DNA of 64,000 nt from an uncultured virus (IMG/VR IMGVR_UViG_3300043435_001124) (Duplodnaviria; Heunggongvirae; Uroviricota; Caudoviricetes), in IMG/VR virus record IMGVR_UViG_3300043435_001124; one strand, 5' to 3'. Position numbers and translations under genes: made by a program. A model generated the notes under the pieces. The model was not told the origin of the DNA. It saw nothing but the letters and a program-made list of their open reading frames with translations, and made no database searches. Positions 1 through 5,777 of the stretch are shown one piece after another (the stretch's first letter is position 1; each line of letters starts with the position of its first letter).

Positions 1-93
1 GTTGACTTCATTGTTGAAGCATTGACAGATAAACTATCTGATGATTCTGGGTGGTGTGTAAGTGATTATGATTATGAGGTTGTGACAGAATAA
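1..93 (+). CDS. 3' end of a small hypothetical protein (partial; ...VDFIVEALTDKLSDDSGWCVSDYDYEVVTE*)
   Basis: Frame 1 is open from the window start; TAA at 91-93 lies inside repeat copy 1. Confidence 0.7.
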   Translation, partial: VDFIVEALTDKLSDDSGWCVSDYDYEVVTE

Positions 94-165
94 GAACTGG
101 CACAACAGACCTAGGCAAGTCTCTAAACTGCTGCTATGATAAACAAGTCACACCAAAGACAACAA
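81..165 (+). promoter_or_regulatory. Cassette element copy 1
   Basis: TGTGACAG-AATAAGAA-CTGGCACA (81-104); TGcTATGAT with -10 at 135; leader AAGTCACACCAAAGACAACAA-ATG. Confidence 0.8.
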
Positions 166-321
166 ATGGATCCTTACACTCAAAGGTATCAAATCGAGGA
201 ACTATCTCGTTTTGATCTTGTGGAGCAACTTGAGAATGATCCTTATCTTCGTGATGATGATGAAGATGGATACGATGATGCTTCATTCAACGAATCACTT
301 AACTCTGGGCATGATTTCTGA
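166..321 (+). CDS. Small acidic hypothetical protein (51 aa, MDPYTQRYQIEELSRF...)
   Basis: ATG at 166 directly follows the repeat leader; the track start at 136 lies inside the -10 box. Confidence 0.75.
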   Translation: MDPYTQRYQIEELSRFDLVEQLENDPYLRDDDEDGYDDASFNESLNSGHDF

Positions 322-506
322 TGATTGAAACTTACAACTTCACTGGTGATACGGTTACTTTTTTGGGTTTGATTGGTGTAGTTTCTACGGGTATCATTAT
401 TGTTACTGCATTCCGTAGATTTTTTAACTCACCAATGAACCTACGTGTGCCAGTTTCCAAAGTGGCACACGATCTCACACAGGACCCTGAAAATCCTGTA
501 TCTTAA
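321..506 (+). CDS. Small membrane protein (61 aa)
   Basis: Coupled TGA/ATG overlap with the previous gene; hydrophobic stretch FLGLIGVVSTGIIIVTAF; reads through copy 2 and stops at its TAA. Confidence 0.7.
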   Translation: MIETYNFTGDTVTFLGLIGVVSTGIIIVTAFRRFFNSPMNLRVPVSKVAHDLTQDPENPVS

Positions 507-529
507 GTAAGTCAACCAAAGGCAAACCA
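446..529 (+). promoter_or_regulatory. Cassette element copy 2
   Basis: TGTGCCAG-TTTCCAAA-GTGGCACA (446-469); TATCTT at 499; near-identical to copy 3. Confidence 0.85.
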
Positions 530-682
530 ATGACTACCACTGACACCAATCAATTCACTGCCCGCGAGATTGCGGCACTTCTCATGATCTTTAATCAACT
601 TAGTTCTTATGAGGTTCAGGAAATTACTGGTTTAGATGTTGGTGAAGTATCCGAACTTAATTACAAACTACTGGGCATGTAA
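530..682 (+). CDS. Hypothetical protein (50 aa, MTTTDTNQFTAREIAALL...)
   Basis: Hand-translated; ATG follows the repeat leader; TAA at 680-682; below the ORF-track cutoff. Confidence 0.75.
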   Translation: MTTTDTNQFTAREIAALLMIFNQLSSYEVQEITGLDVGEVSELNYKLLGM

Positions 683-712
683 AATCTAGTCGAGACTACA
701 ATCTCGTCGAGA

Positions 713-796
713 TGTGCCAGTTTCCAAAGTGGCACGAGATCTCACACAAGACCCTGAAGATCTGTTATCTTAAGTAAGTCAACCAAAGGCAAACCA
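713..796 (+). promoter_or_regulatory. Cassette element copy 3
   Basis: TGTGCCAG-TTTCCAAA-GTGGCACG; near-identity with copy 2 continues into the first six codons. Confidence 0.85.
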
Positions 797-949
797 ATGA
801 CTACCACTGACACCATTAAAGAGTTCTTTACTGAAGATGAGTGGGATATGATTTACAACTTCATTGGTCATGCTTTGGATAATGAGGATTATGATCCAGA
901 GCAAGTGTTCACCATTCGCTCTAAGATTCATAATCTGTATAAAGACTAA
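797..949 (+). CDS. Hypothetical protein (50 aa, MTTTDTIKEFFTEDEWDMIYNFIG...)
   Basis: Hand-translated; ATG follows the repeat leader; TAA at 947-949. Confidence 0.75.
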   Translation: MTTTDTIKEFFTEDEWDMIYNFIGHALDNEDYDPEQVFTIRSKIHNLYKD

Positions 950-957
950 CCTTATAA

Positions 958-988
958 GCATCCTGAGGTAAGATGTAAAACTGCCTCA
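958..988 (+). other. Predicted H-type RNA pseudoknot upstream of the KTSC-like gene
   Basis: GCATC (958-962) pairs with GATGT (972-976); TGAGGTA (964-970) pairs with TGCCTCA (982-988). Confidence 0.55.
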
Positions 989-1014
989 AACAAACCCTTT
1001 TTTTTATTATTATC

Positions 1015-1251
1015 ATGAACTTCACTTTTACTGAGCAACAATCTTCCTGCATCGCTTCTGTTGATGTCGAAGGTCAAGAAGTTAGCATCACTTTTCAGGG
1101 CAATCTGAATAATGTTTACACTTTCGTCACTGAAAGTGAGGACGTGATTGTTAACTACCTTGAAAGTCCTACCGGTTCGATTGGTCAAACCTACCGCCGT
1201 TGGGTTGCTGAGCGTATGCTCATCCCCACGACTGAACTAGTGGCAGCGTGA
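1015..1251 (+). CDS. KTSC-domain-like small protein (78 aa)
   Basis: SSCIASV...ITF...VYTF...SIGQTY pattern resembles KTSC domains; the TGA is supplied by copy 4. Confidence 0.6.
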   Translation: MNFTFTEQQSSCIASVDVEGQEVSITFQGNLNNVYTFVTESEDVIVNYLESPTGSIGQTYRRWVAERMLIPTTELVAA

Positions 1252-1334
1252 CACTCTGACAACTGGCACAAGGGGGACACGGTTCCCCCTTCGGACCCCT
1301 TAAGATTACAGAGTCAACCAAACCACTTCAAACC
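1247..1334 (+). promoter_or_regulatory. Cassette element copy 4
   Basis: CGTGACAC-TCTGACAA-CTGGCACA, AGGGGGA-CACGGT-TCCCCCT hairpin, TAAGAT at 1301, GAGTCAACC leader. Confidence 0.85.
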
Positions 1335-1652
1335 ATGCGTAAGATCGAAACCCTGATGAACGCAGCAATCCTTAACCGTAAGGATTGGTCCCTTGATAAT
1401 ACTCGTGTTGAGTATGAAGAGGGTAACGAAGTTTCCCGAGTTTACCTTCACGGTCATAAGATTGCCGAGATTGGTGAAGGTTTCATTACTATTCATCATT
1501 GCGGTTGGAAGACTAAAACAACTAAGTCTCGCCTTAATGCTCTCCTTCGGGAGAATGGTAAGGGTGATGAATCTGTCTATCAGAAAAATCACACTTGGTT
1601 TATTGCTTATGATGGTAAGATTGAAGAGTTTGATTCTGCTGTGACACTCTGA
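1335..1652 (+). CDS. Hypothetical phage protein (105 aa)
   Basis: ORF track; bounded by copies 4 and 5. Confidence 0.85.
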   Translation: MRKIETLMNAAILNRKDWSLDNTRVEYEEGNEVSRVYLHGHKIAEIGEGFITIHHCGWKTKTTKSRLNALLRENGKGDESVYQKNHTWFIAYDGKIEEFDSAVTL

Positions 1653-1731
1653 CAACTGGCACAAGGGGGACTCGGTTCCCCCTTTGGACCGACTAGGATT
1701 AAAGAGTCAACCAAAGACACACCCAACCACC
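1640..1731 (+). promoter_or_regulatory. Cassette element copy 5
   Basis: TGTGACAC-TCTGACAA-CTGGCACA, G5/C5 hairpin, TAGGAT at 1694. Confidence 0.85.
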
Positions 1732-1926
1732 ATGGAAGTTTTCCTCTGCGCTGATGCTGCCGGTCGCTATTGCTGGATACGAGGTTCATCGATTGATCAA
1801 ATCGAAGACGCTGGTTTAGAAGTTGTTGAGTGCCAGACTTCAGATTTTGAGGGTGATTCTGCAGGTACAATGACCCTCGAAGATCTGAAAGAATCTGATG
1901 CAATTCTATTCGAAGGAGGCAACTAA
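1732..1926 (+). CDS. Small acidic hypothetical protein (64 aa, MEVFLCADAAGRYCW...)
   Basis: ATG at 1732 follows the leader; the track start at 1684 is inside the repeat. Confidence 0.8.
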   Translation: MEVFLCADAAGRYCWIRGSSIDQIEDAGLEVVECQTSDFEGDSAGTMTLEDLKESDAILFEGGN

Positions 1927-1942
1927 TTCATTACATCAACTT

Positions 1943-1967
1943 GGAGGCAATCATGCCTCCTTTTTTT
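1943..1967 (+). terminator. Rho-independent terminator
   Basis: GGAGGCA-ATCA-TGCCTCC followed by T7. Confidence 0.85.
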
Positions 1968-2058
1968 ATACTTTTTATCTTACTATTTGAGAGGTGCTTC
2001 AGTGGCGATGGATTGATCAAGCAGATACCCCTCTGCTGTCTTTGCTGATTGTCCCCTT

Positions 2059-2194
2059 ATCCTACAGCATCATCAGACCCATAAGGTCACCAAGGTGGAC
2101 AGTCTGACAACTGGCACATAAGATCGCCACGACCCCTGATTTTCTGTTATCTTAAATCTTGTGAGGGATGTGTCTCCCCCCTCATCAGAAAACA
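2059..2194. promoter_or_regulatory. Cassette element copy 6, apparently bidirectional
   Basis: GTGGACAG-TCTGACAA-CTGGCACA (2095-2118); + strand TGtTATCTT 29 nt downstream; - strand TAGGAT (2064-2059) 30 nt away on the other side. Confidence 0.65.
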
Positions 2195-2521
2195 ATGTTT
2201 ACCGCATCTTTTCCTCCCGTTGACGATCTGATCAGTGTACTTTCAAAGATCGAGTACAAAAAACACTTTTACAATCTGATCAATGTTTGTATTGTTTTTG
2301 TTGCTGTTTCTGTTGCTGTTGTTTCCTTCATTTGCACAAAGATTGCACAATGGTATAAGAATGGTGGTAAAGATCTTATTCAAAAAACATATGCACAAGT
2401 TAAAGACTTATGCATCATTTGTTATCTTTGGATTCGCTGCGAAGGTTATCCTGAACTGGTAAGATTCTCTGATGATGTAAAGCAAACCTATCAGAACTGG
2501 CAATACCTTGTGACAGTCTGA
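2195..2521 (+). CDS. Hypothetical membrane protein (108 aa, MFTASFPPVDDLISVL...)
   Basis: Hydrophobic helix VCIVFVAVSVAVVSFIC; TGA inside copy 7. Confidence 0.8.
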   Translation: MFTASFPPVDDLISVLSKIEYKKHFYNLINVCIVFVAVSVAVVSFICTKIAQWYKNGGKDLIQKTYAQVKDLCIICYLWIRCEGYPELVRFSDDVKQTYQNWQYLVTV

Positions 2522-2590
2522 TCAGTGGCACAAGGGGTGCTCTGGATGCCTCTGGATGCCTTATAATAGTTTCATACACACAGAGAACTG
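2509..2590 (+). promoter_or_regulatory. Cassette element copy 7
   Basis: TGTGACAG-TCTGATCA-GTGGCACA; consensus TATAAT at 2562, 29 nt downstream. Confidence 0.85.
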
Positions 2591-2791
2591 ATGGCACAGA
2601 AAATTAAAACTCCACCCATTACCCCTTGTGCAAGATGTGGTGCAAAAGCAAAATGTATTGAAGATTGGGATTTTCGTGATATGTGGAAGGTGATTTGTGA
2701 TAATAACCACACATCAACCAAAGATTGTGGCACAAAACATCGTGCGGTATGCCGTTGGAATAATGCCCAAATAAAACTCCAAGACACTTGA
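2591..2791 (+). CDS. Lar-like (restriction alleviation family) Zn-ribbon protein (66 aa)
   Basis: PCARCG...VIC...CGTKHRAVCRWN resembles the PCPxCG...C...AxxxWN pattern of Lar-family proteins. Confidence 0.55.
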   Translation: MAQKIKTPPITPCARCGAKAKCIEDWDFRDMWKVICDNNHTSTKDCGTKHRAVCRWNNAQIKLQDT

Positions 2792-2867
2792 AGAACCGGC
2801 ACAAGGGGGACACGGTTCCCCCTCCTGACCGACTAGGATTAAAGAGTCAACACCGCACACGAGACCA
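2780..2867 (+). promoter_or_regulatory. Cassette element copy 8
   Basis: CAAGACAC-TTGAAGAA-CCGGCACA, hairpin, TAGGAT at 2834, leader GAGTCAACACCGCACACGAGACCA. Confidence 0.85.
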
Positions 2868-3122
2868 ATGAACTTCTCCGATCTGAACTTCTTCGATCAC
2901 AGTGTAGTCAAAGGTGGCACTCGCGCAGAGTACACTTTCCGGAACTATTGGACCATTAGTGTAGTTGCGGGTCCGAAGGATTCTGGACTCAAAGGTGACA
3001 TTCAGCACGACACTTTCGAGGTTGGTGTAATGCGCCCGAATGGCAATATGTTGGAAGATGTCATCATCTGGCAGACCCCGGTTCAGATCACCACGATGAT
3101 GCATCTGATCGAGATGCTGTGA
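2868..3122 (+). CDS. Hypothetical phage protein (84 aa)
   Basis: ORF track; TGA is in the left arm of copy 9. Confidence 0.85.
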   Translation: MNFSDLNFFDHSVVKGGTRAEYTFRNYWTISVVAGPKDSGLKGDIQHDTFEVGVMRPNGNMLEDVIIWQTPVQITTMMHLIEML

Positions 3123-3206
3123 CAATCTAGCAACCGGCACAAGGGGGACACGGTTCCCCCCTCCTGACCGACTAGGATTAAAGAGTCAACACCGCACACG
3201 AGACCA
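3118..3206 (+). promoter_or_regulatory. Cassette element copy 9
   Basis: TGTGACAA-TCTAGCAA-CCGGCACA; downstream part nearly identical to copy 8. Confidence 0.85.
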
Positions 3207-3395
3207 ATGAACACCATCGAGATCATTGACGGTCAGACTTTCACCGTCACCATCCTGCCCACTGCGAAACCAAAGCGTAGCGAACTCGTATGCTCCCGCG
3301 TCGGTGGCGCAAAAACCCGATTTTATGCTGCCACTGGCGCCGGTCGCAATTCTCGAGAAGTTGAGAAACGGATCCCCGCTGCCGGGACAGTCTGA
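3207..3395 (+). CDS. Small basic hypothetical protein (62 aa)
   Basis: ORF track; TGA in the spacer of copy 10. Confidence 0.8.
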   Translation: MNTIEIIDGQTFTVTILPTAKPKRSELVCSRVGGAKTRFYAATGAGRNSREVEKRIPAAGTV

Positions 3396-3468
3396 CAACT
3401 GGTTCGGGGGACTCACGGGTCCCCCTCCTGACCGACTAGGATTAAAGAGTCAACACCGACACCGACCG
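3383..3468 (+). promoter_or_regulatory. Cassette element copy 10
   Basis: Degenerate palindrome CGGGACAG-TCTGACAA-CTGGTTCG, GGGGGAC-TCACGG-GTCCCCC hairpin, TAGGAT at 3437. Confidence 0.85.
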
Positions 3469-3726
3469 ATGCTCAACTTCTCCGCTCTGACCCGCATCGC
3501 AGTCCGCAGCGTTCTCATTCAACAGGGACCGCAAACATGTAGCGATCTCGTGCGCATTATGGGTATGGATCCGAAGCGTCACAAAGGTACAATCCATGCC
3601 GTAATGGTAGACATGGAAGATGATGGTATTCTCACCGCGACCCGTTCTAGTAATGGCAAGCGCAATCAGTGGTCAATTGTTAACATCCGCAAGCGCGATC
3701 GTCTCGCCGCTGCCCTGATCGGGTGA
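3469..3726 (+). CDS. Winged-helix DNA-binding protein (85 aa, MLNFSALTRIAVRSVL...)
   Basis: GPQTCSDLVRIMG...KGTIHAVMVDMEDDGIL...NQWSI is a wHTH pattern; the true start follows the leader (the track ORF starting at 3226 is over-extended). Confidence 0.65.
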   Translation: MLNFSALTRIAVRSVLIQQGPQTCSDLVRIMGMDPKRHKGTIHAVMVDMEDDGILTATRSSNGKRNQWSIVNIRKRDRLAAALIG

Positions 3727-3790
3727 CAATCTAGCAACTGGCACAAGGGGGAGAATCCCTCCCCCATTCTTTACACTCTCTAAAACGATC
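3722..3790 (+). promoter_or_regulatory. Cassette element copy 11 (variant type B)
   Basis: GGTGACAA-TCTAGCAA-CTGGCACA, GGGGGAG-AATCC-CTCCCCC hairpin, ATTC..TACACT..AAAACG leader shared with copy 18. Confidence 0.75.
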
Positions 3791-3922
3791 ATGTTTTCAA
3801 TCCGTTACCAAACTCCGTACAATGCTTGCGAGTGGAGAACACAAACATTCTCCACTCTAGATGATGCTCTGCGCATGGTAGACTTCTATCGTTCCTGCGG
3901 TTCCCCTGCTCACCTTATCTGA
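3791..3922 (+). CDS. Hypothetical protein (43 aa, MFSIRYQTPYNACEWRTQTFSTLDDALRMVDFYRSCGSPAHLI)
   Basis: Hand-translated; follows the copy 11 leader. Confidence 0.75.
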   Translation: MFSIRYQTPYNACEWRTQTFSTLDDALRMVDFYRSCGSPAHLI

Positions 3923-3927
3923 TCATC

Positions 3928-4077
3928 ATGGCAATTACTATTCAGGACAATTCCGAAGAGTTTAATGTAGTCTGGGAGAATGACATTCCTACACTGTCTC
4001 CGATAGATTACTCACTTAGTTGTGAGCAATTTGCCGCGATGATGGAGTGTACGGTAGATGATCTCTGGGCGATGTGA
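3928..4077 (+). CDS. Small acidic hypothetical protein (49 aa, MAITIQDNSEEFNVVW...)
   Basis: Hand-translated; TGA is in the left arm of copy 12. Confidence 0.7.
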   Translation: MAITIQDNSEEFNVVWENDIPTLSPIDYSLSCEQFAAMMECTVDDLWAM

Positions 4078-4159
4078 CAATCTAGCAACTGGCACGGGGG
4101 ACTCACGGTTCCCCCTCCTGACCGACTAGGATTACAGAGTCAACACCGCACACGAGACC
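4073..4159 (+). promoter_or_regulatory. Cassette element copy 12
   Basis: TGTGACAA-TCTAGCAA-CTGGCACG, hairpin, TAGGAT at 4127, GAGTCAACACCGCACACGAGACC leader. Confidence 0.85.
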
Positions 4160-4333
4160 ATGACCCGCCTCTCCGTCATCTGCCCCGCTGCCACCTGGGA
4201 GAACGAAACCACCGATGCCGATCGCGCATGGGATCTCTGCCTGGATCTCTCGCAGGATTATGGGTACGCTGAGGTTCGCCAGAACGGCATGATCATCGGA
4301 TCCTACCGGAACGGATCCCCTGCGATCTGGTGA
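4160..4333 (+). CDS. Hypothetical protein (57 aa, MTRLSVICPAATWENETTDADRAWDLCLDLS...)
   Basis: Hand-translated; its TGA begins copy 13. Confidence 0.8.
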   Translation: MTRLSVICPAATWENETTDADRAWDLCLDLSQDYGYAEVRQNGMIIGSYRNGSPAIW

Positions 4334-4408
4334 TTCTGCCGGGGGGACTCACGGTCCCCCCTCTGACCCGCTAGACTTACCGAGTCAACACCGCACCCGA
4401 GACCGATC
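4331..4408 (+). promoter_or_regulatory. Cassette element copy 13 (palindrome-less subtype)
   Basis: TGATTC..GGGGGGAC-TCACG-GTCCCCCC..TAGACT..GAGTCAACACCGCACCCGAGACC. Confidence 0.8.
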
Positions 4409-4582
4409 ATGATTCTATCACAAGCATCCCGCCTCTCTGACCGCGCCACCGTCTGGGTCGCTCGCAAGAATGACGATTCTACGTTTAATCCGCTCACGAC
4501 CGATTATGGTGTTCCCGCTACTGCATTAGCAGCGCAGTTCGCCGATGCATTCTCGAACGAAGTGATCTCACCGATAATCTGA
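4409..4582 (+). CDS. Hypothetical protein (57 aa, MILSQASRLSDRATVWVARK...)
   Basis: Hand-translated; its TGA begins copy 14. Confidence 0.75.
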   Translation: MILSQASRLSDRATVWVARKNDDSTFNPLTTDYGVPATALAAQFADAFSNEVISPII

Positions 4583-4654
4583 ATCCTGCTGGGGGACTCA
4601 CGGGTCCCCCGGATCCGTGCTACAATTCCAGAGTCAACACCGCACACGAGACCG
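4580..4654 (+). promoter_or_regulatory. Cassette element copy 14
   Basis: TGAATCC, G5/C5 hairpin, TGcTACAAT extended -10 (4621), conserved leader. Confidence 0.85.
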
Positions 4655-4870
4655 ATGACCGCTTCCACCATCACCCCTGCCGCCCTCACCCCCGAGGTTC
4701 TTCTCCTGATCGCGGAGTCATTCAAGGTCGTTGCATACGATCCCAAAAGTGCTGAGGGTATCCGTGCCATGCACAAAACCGAATTGGGGCAGGAAGTTCT
4801 TCGCAGGATCGTCAGAGATGACATAGGGGGAGCGGCGAGCATCATCGCTAACGCGTTATGGGTTGATTGA
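4655..4870 (+). CDS. Hypothetical protein (71 aa, MTASTITPAALTPE...)
   Basis: ORF track; bounded by copies 14 and 15. Confidence 0.8.
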   Translation: MTASTITPAALTPEVLLLIAESFKVVAYDPKSAEGIRAMHKTELGQEVLRRIVRDDIGGAASIIANALWVD

Positions 4871-4944
4871 ATCCAGCAAGGGGGGACTCACGGGTCCCCC
4901 TCCTGACCGACTAGGATTAAAGAGTCAACACCGCACACGACACA
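4868..4944 (+). promoter_or_regulatory. Cassette element copy 15
   Basis: TGAATCCAGC 5' end (as in copies 16/17) joined to a TCCTGACCGACTAGGATTAAAGAGTC 3' part (as in copies 8-10). Confidence 0.85.
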
Positions 4945-5133
4945 ATGAACAGCGCCACCCTTCCGCAGATTCTACAAAACGCGGCAGACGATAGTGATAC
5001 AATCTCCTGGCATCTTGCCTACGAGGTTGCTAAAGACCACTGCTGCCTGAATGACTTTCGTTCAGAGTACGGAACTACCGCGAAGTTCGGGCGAGTAGAT
5101 CTAGGCGAACTGCTGGTGTGGTTAGGATACTGA
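4945..5133 (+). CDS. Hypothetical protein (62 aa)
   Basis: ORF track; bounded by copies 15 and 16. Confidence 0.8.
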   Translation: MNSATLPQILQNAADDSDTISWHLAYEVAKDHCCLNDFRSEYGTTAKFGRVDLGELLVWLGY

Positions 5134-5207
5134 ATCCAGCGAGGGGGGACTCACGGTCCCCCCGGATCCGTGCTACAATTCCAGAGTCAACACCGCACCC
5201 GAGACCG
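5131..5207 (+). promoter_or_regulatory. Cassette element copy 16
   Basis: Near-identical to copy 17; TGcTACAAT -10. Confidence 0.85.
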
Positions 5208-5465
5208 ATGACCGCTTCCACCATCACCCCGACCCCGCTCAAGACCATTCTCACCCCGGACCGTTACCCGTTTGCCGTTGCTAAGGTTGTGGATGGCAGA
5301 ATCGCCTGCACTATTGCTTATGCTCGCACTCTGGAAGATGTTTACAATCAGTGCCAGGGATGGCGGGCATCCGATGCTCATTACAACTTCCGTCATGAGT
5401 ACATCATGGCAGAGCAGCGGGATCTAGACAATACCCCGAACTATTCCTACTGGGTCGCAGTCTGA
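5208..5465 (+). CDS. Hypothetical protein (85 aa, MTASTITPTPLKTILTPDRYPF...)
   Basis: ATG follows the leader; the track start at 5118 is over-extended through the repeat. Confidence 0.8.
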   Translation: MTASTITPTPLKTILTPDRYPFAVAKVVDGRIACTIAYARTLEDVYNQCQGWRASDAHYNFRHEYIMAEQRDLDNTPNYSYWVAV

Positions 5466-5539
5466 ATCCAGCGAGGGGGGACTCACGGTCCCCCCGGATC
5501 CGTGCTACAATTCCAGAGTCAACACCGCACACGAGACCG
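5463..5539 (+). promoter_or_regulatory. Cassette element copy 17
   Basis: Near-identical to copy 16. Confidence 0.85.
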
Positions 5540-5716
5540 ATGACCTTCGATCAGATCCTCGCTCACTGCCAGCAATCCGGTTATATCCTCACGGGTTCTT
5601 CTCGTGAGGGTTATGTAGTTGACGGTTTGAAGAATAGGTTTGGCAAGACCTATTCCGTAGACCTTATCAATTCCCGTAGTTTGTGGAGTTGGGCGATGGA
5701 AACCTTCGACGCCTGA
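5540..5716 (+). CDS. Hypothetical protein (58 aa, MTFDQILAHCQQSGYILTG...)
   Basis: Hand-translated; its TGA begins copy 18. Confidence 0.75.
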   Translation: MTFDQILAHCQQSGYILTGSSREGYVVDGLKNRFGKTYSVDLINSRSLWSWAMETFDA

Positions 5717-5777
5717 TGTAATCGGGGGAGGCGCAATCCTCCCCCATTCAGTACACTGTTCTCAAAACGTTCTCATC
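5714..5777 (+). promoter_or_regulatory. Cassette element copy 18 (variant type B)
   Basis: GGGGGAGG-CGCAAT-CCTCCCCC hairpin, then ATTC..TACACT..AAAACG as in copy 11. Confidence 0.7.

Noticed and set aside
3410..3416. GACTCAC resembling the T7 promoter core
   Set aside because: The flanking TAATAC and TATAG are absent, and no single-subunit RNA polymerase is present.
3226..3468. N-terminal extension of the 166-aa track ORF (similarly the starts at 136, 1684 and 5118)
   Set aside because: The extensions read through or start inside the repeat; the ATG after the leader fits the array pattern.
81..5777. CRISPR array
   Set aside because: Repeats are 64-100 bp and divergent, the intervening segments are long intact ORFs of variable length, and no cas genes are in the window.
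81..5777. Canonical integron attC sites
   Set aside because: No RYYYAAC...GTTRRRY core pair framing a long imperfect hairpin, no integrase in the window, and each unit has its own promoter-like sequence.
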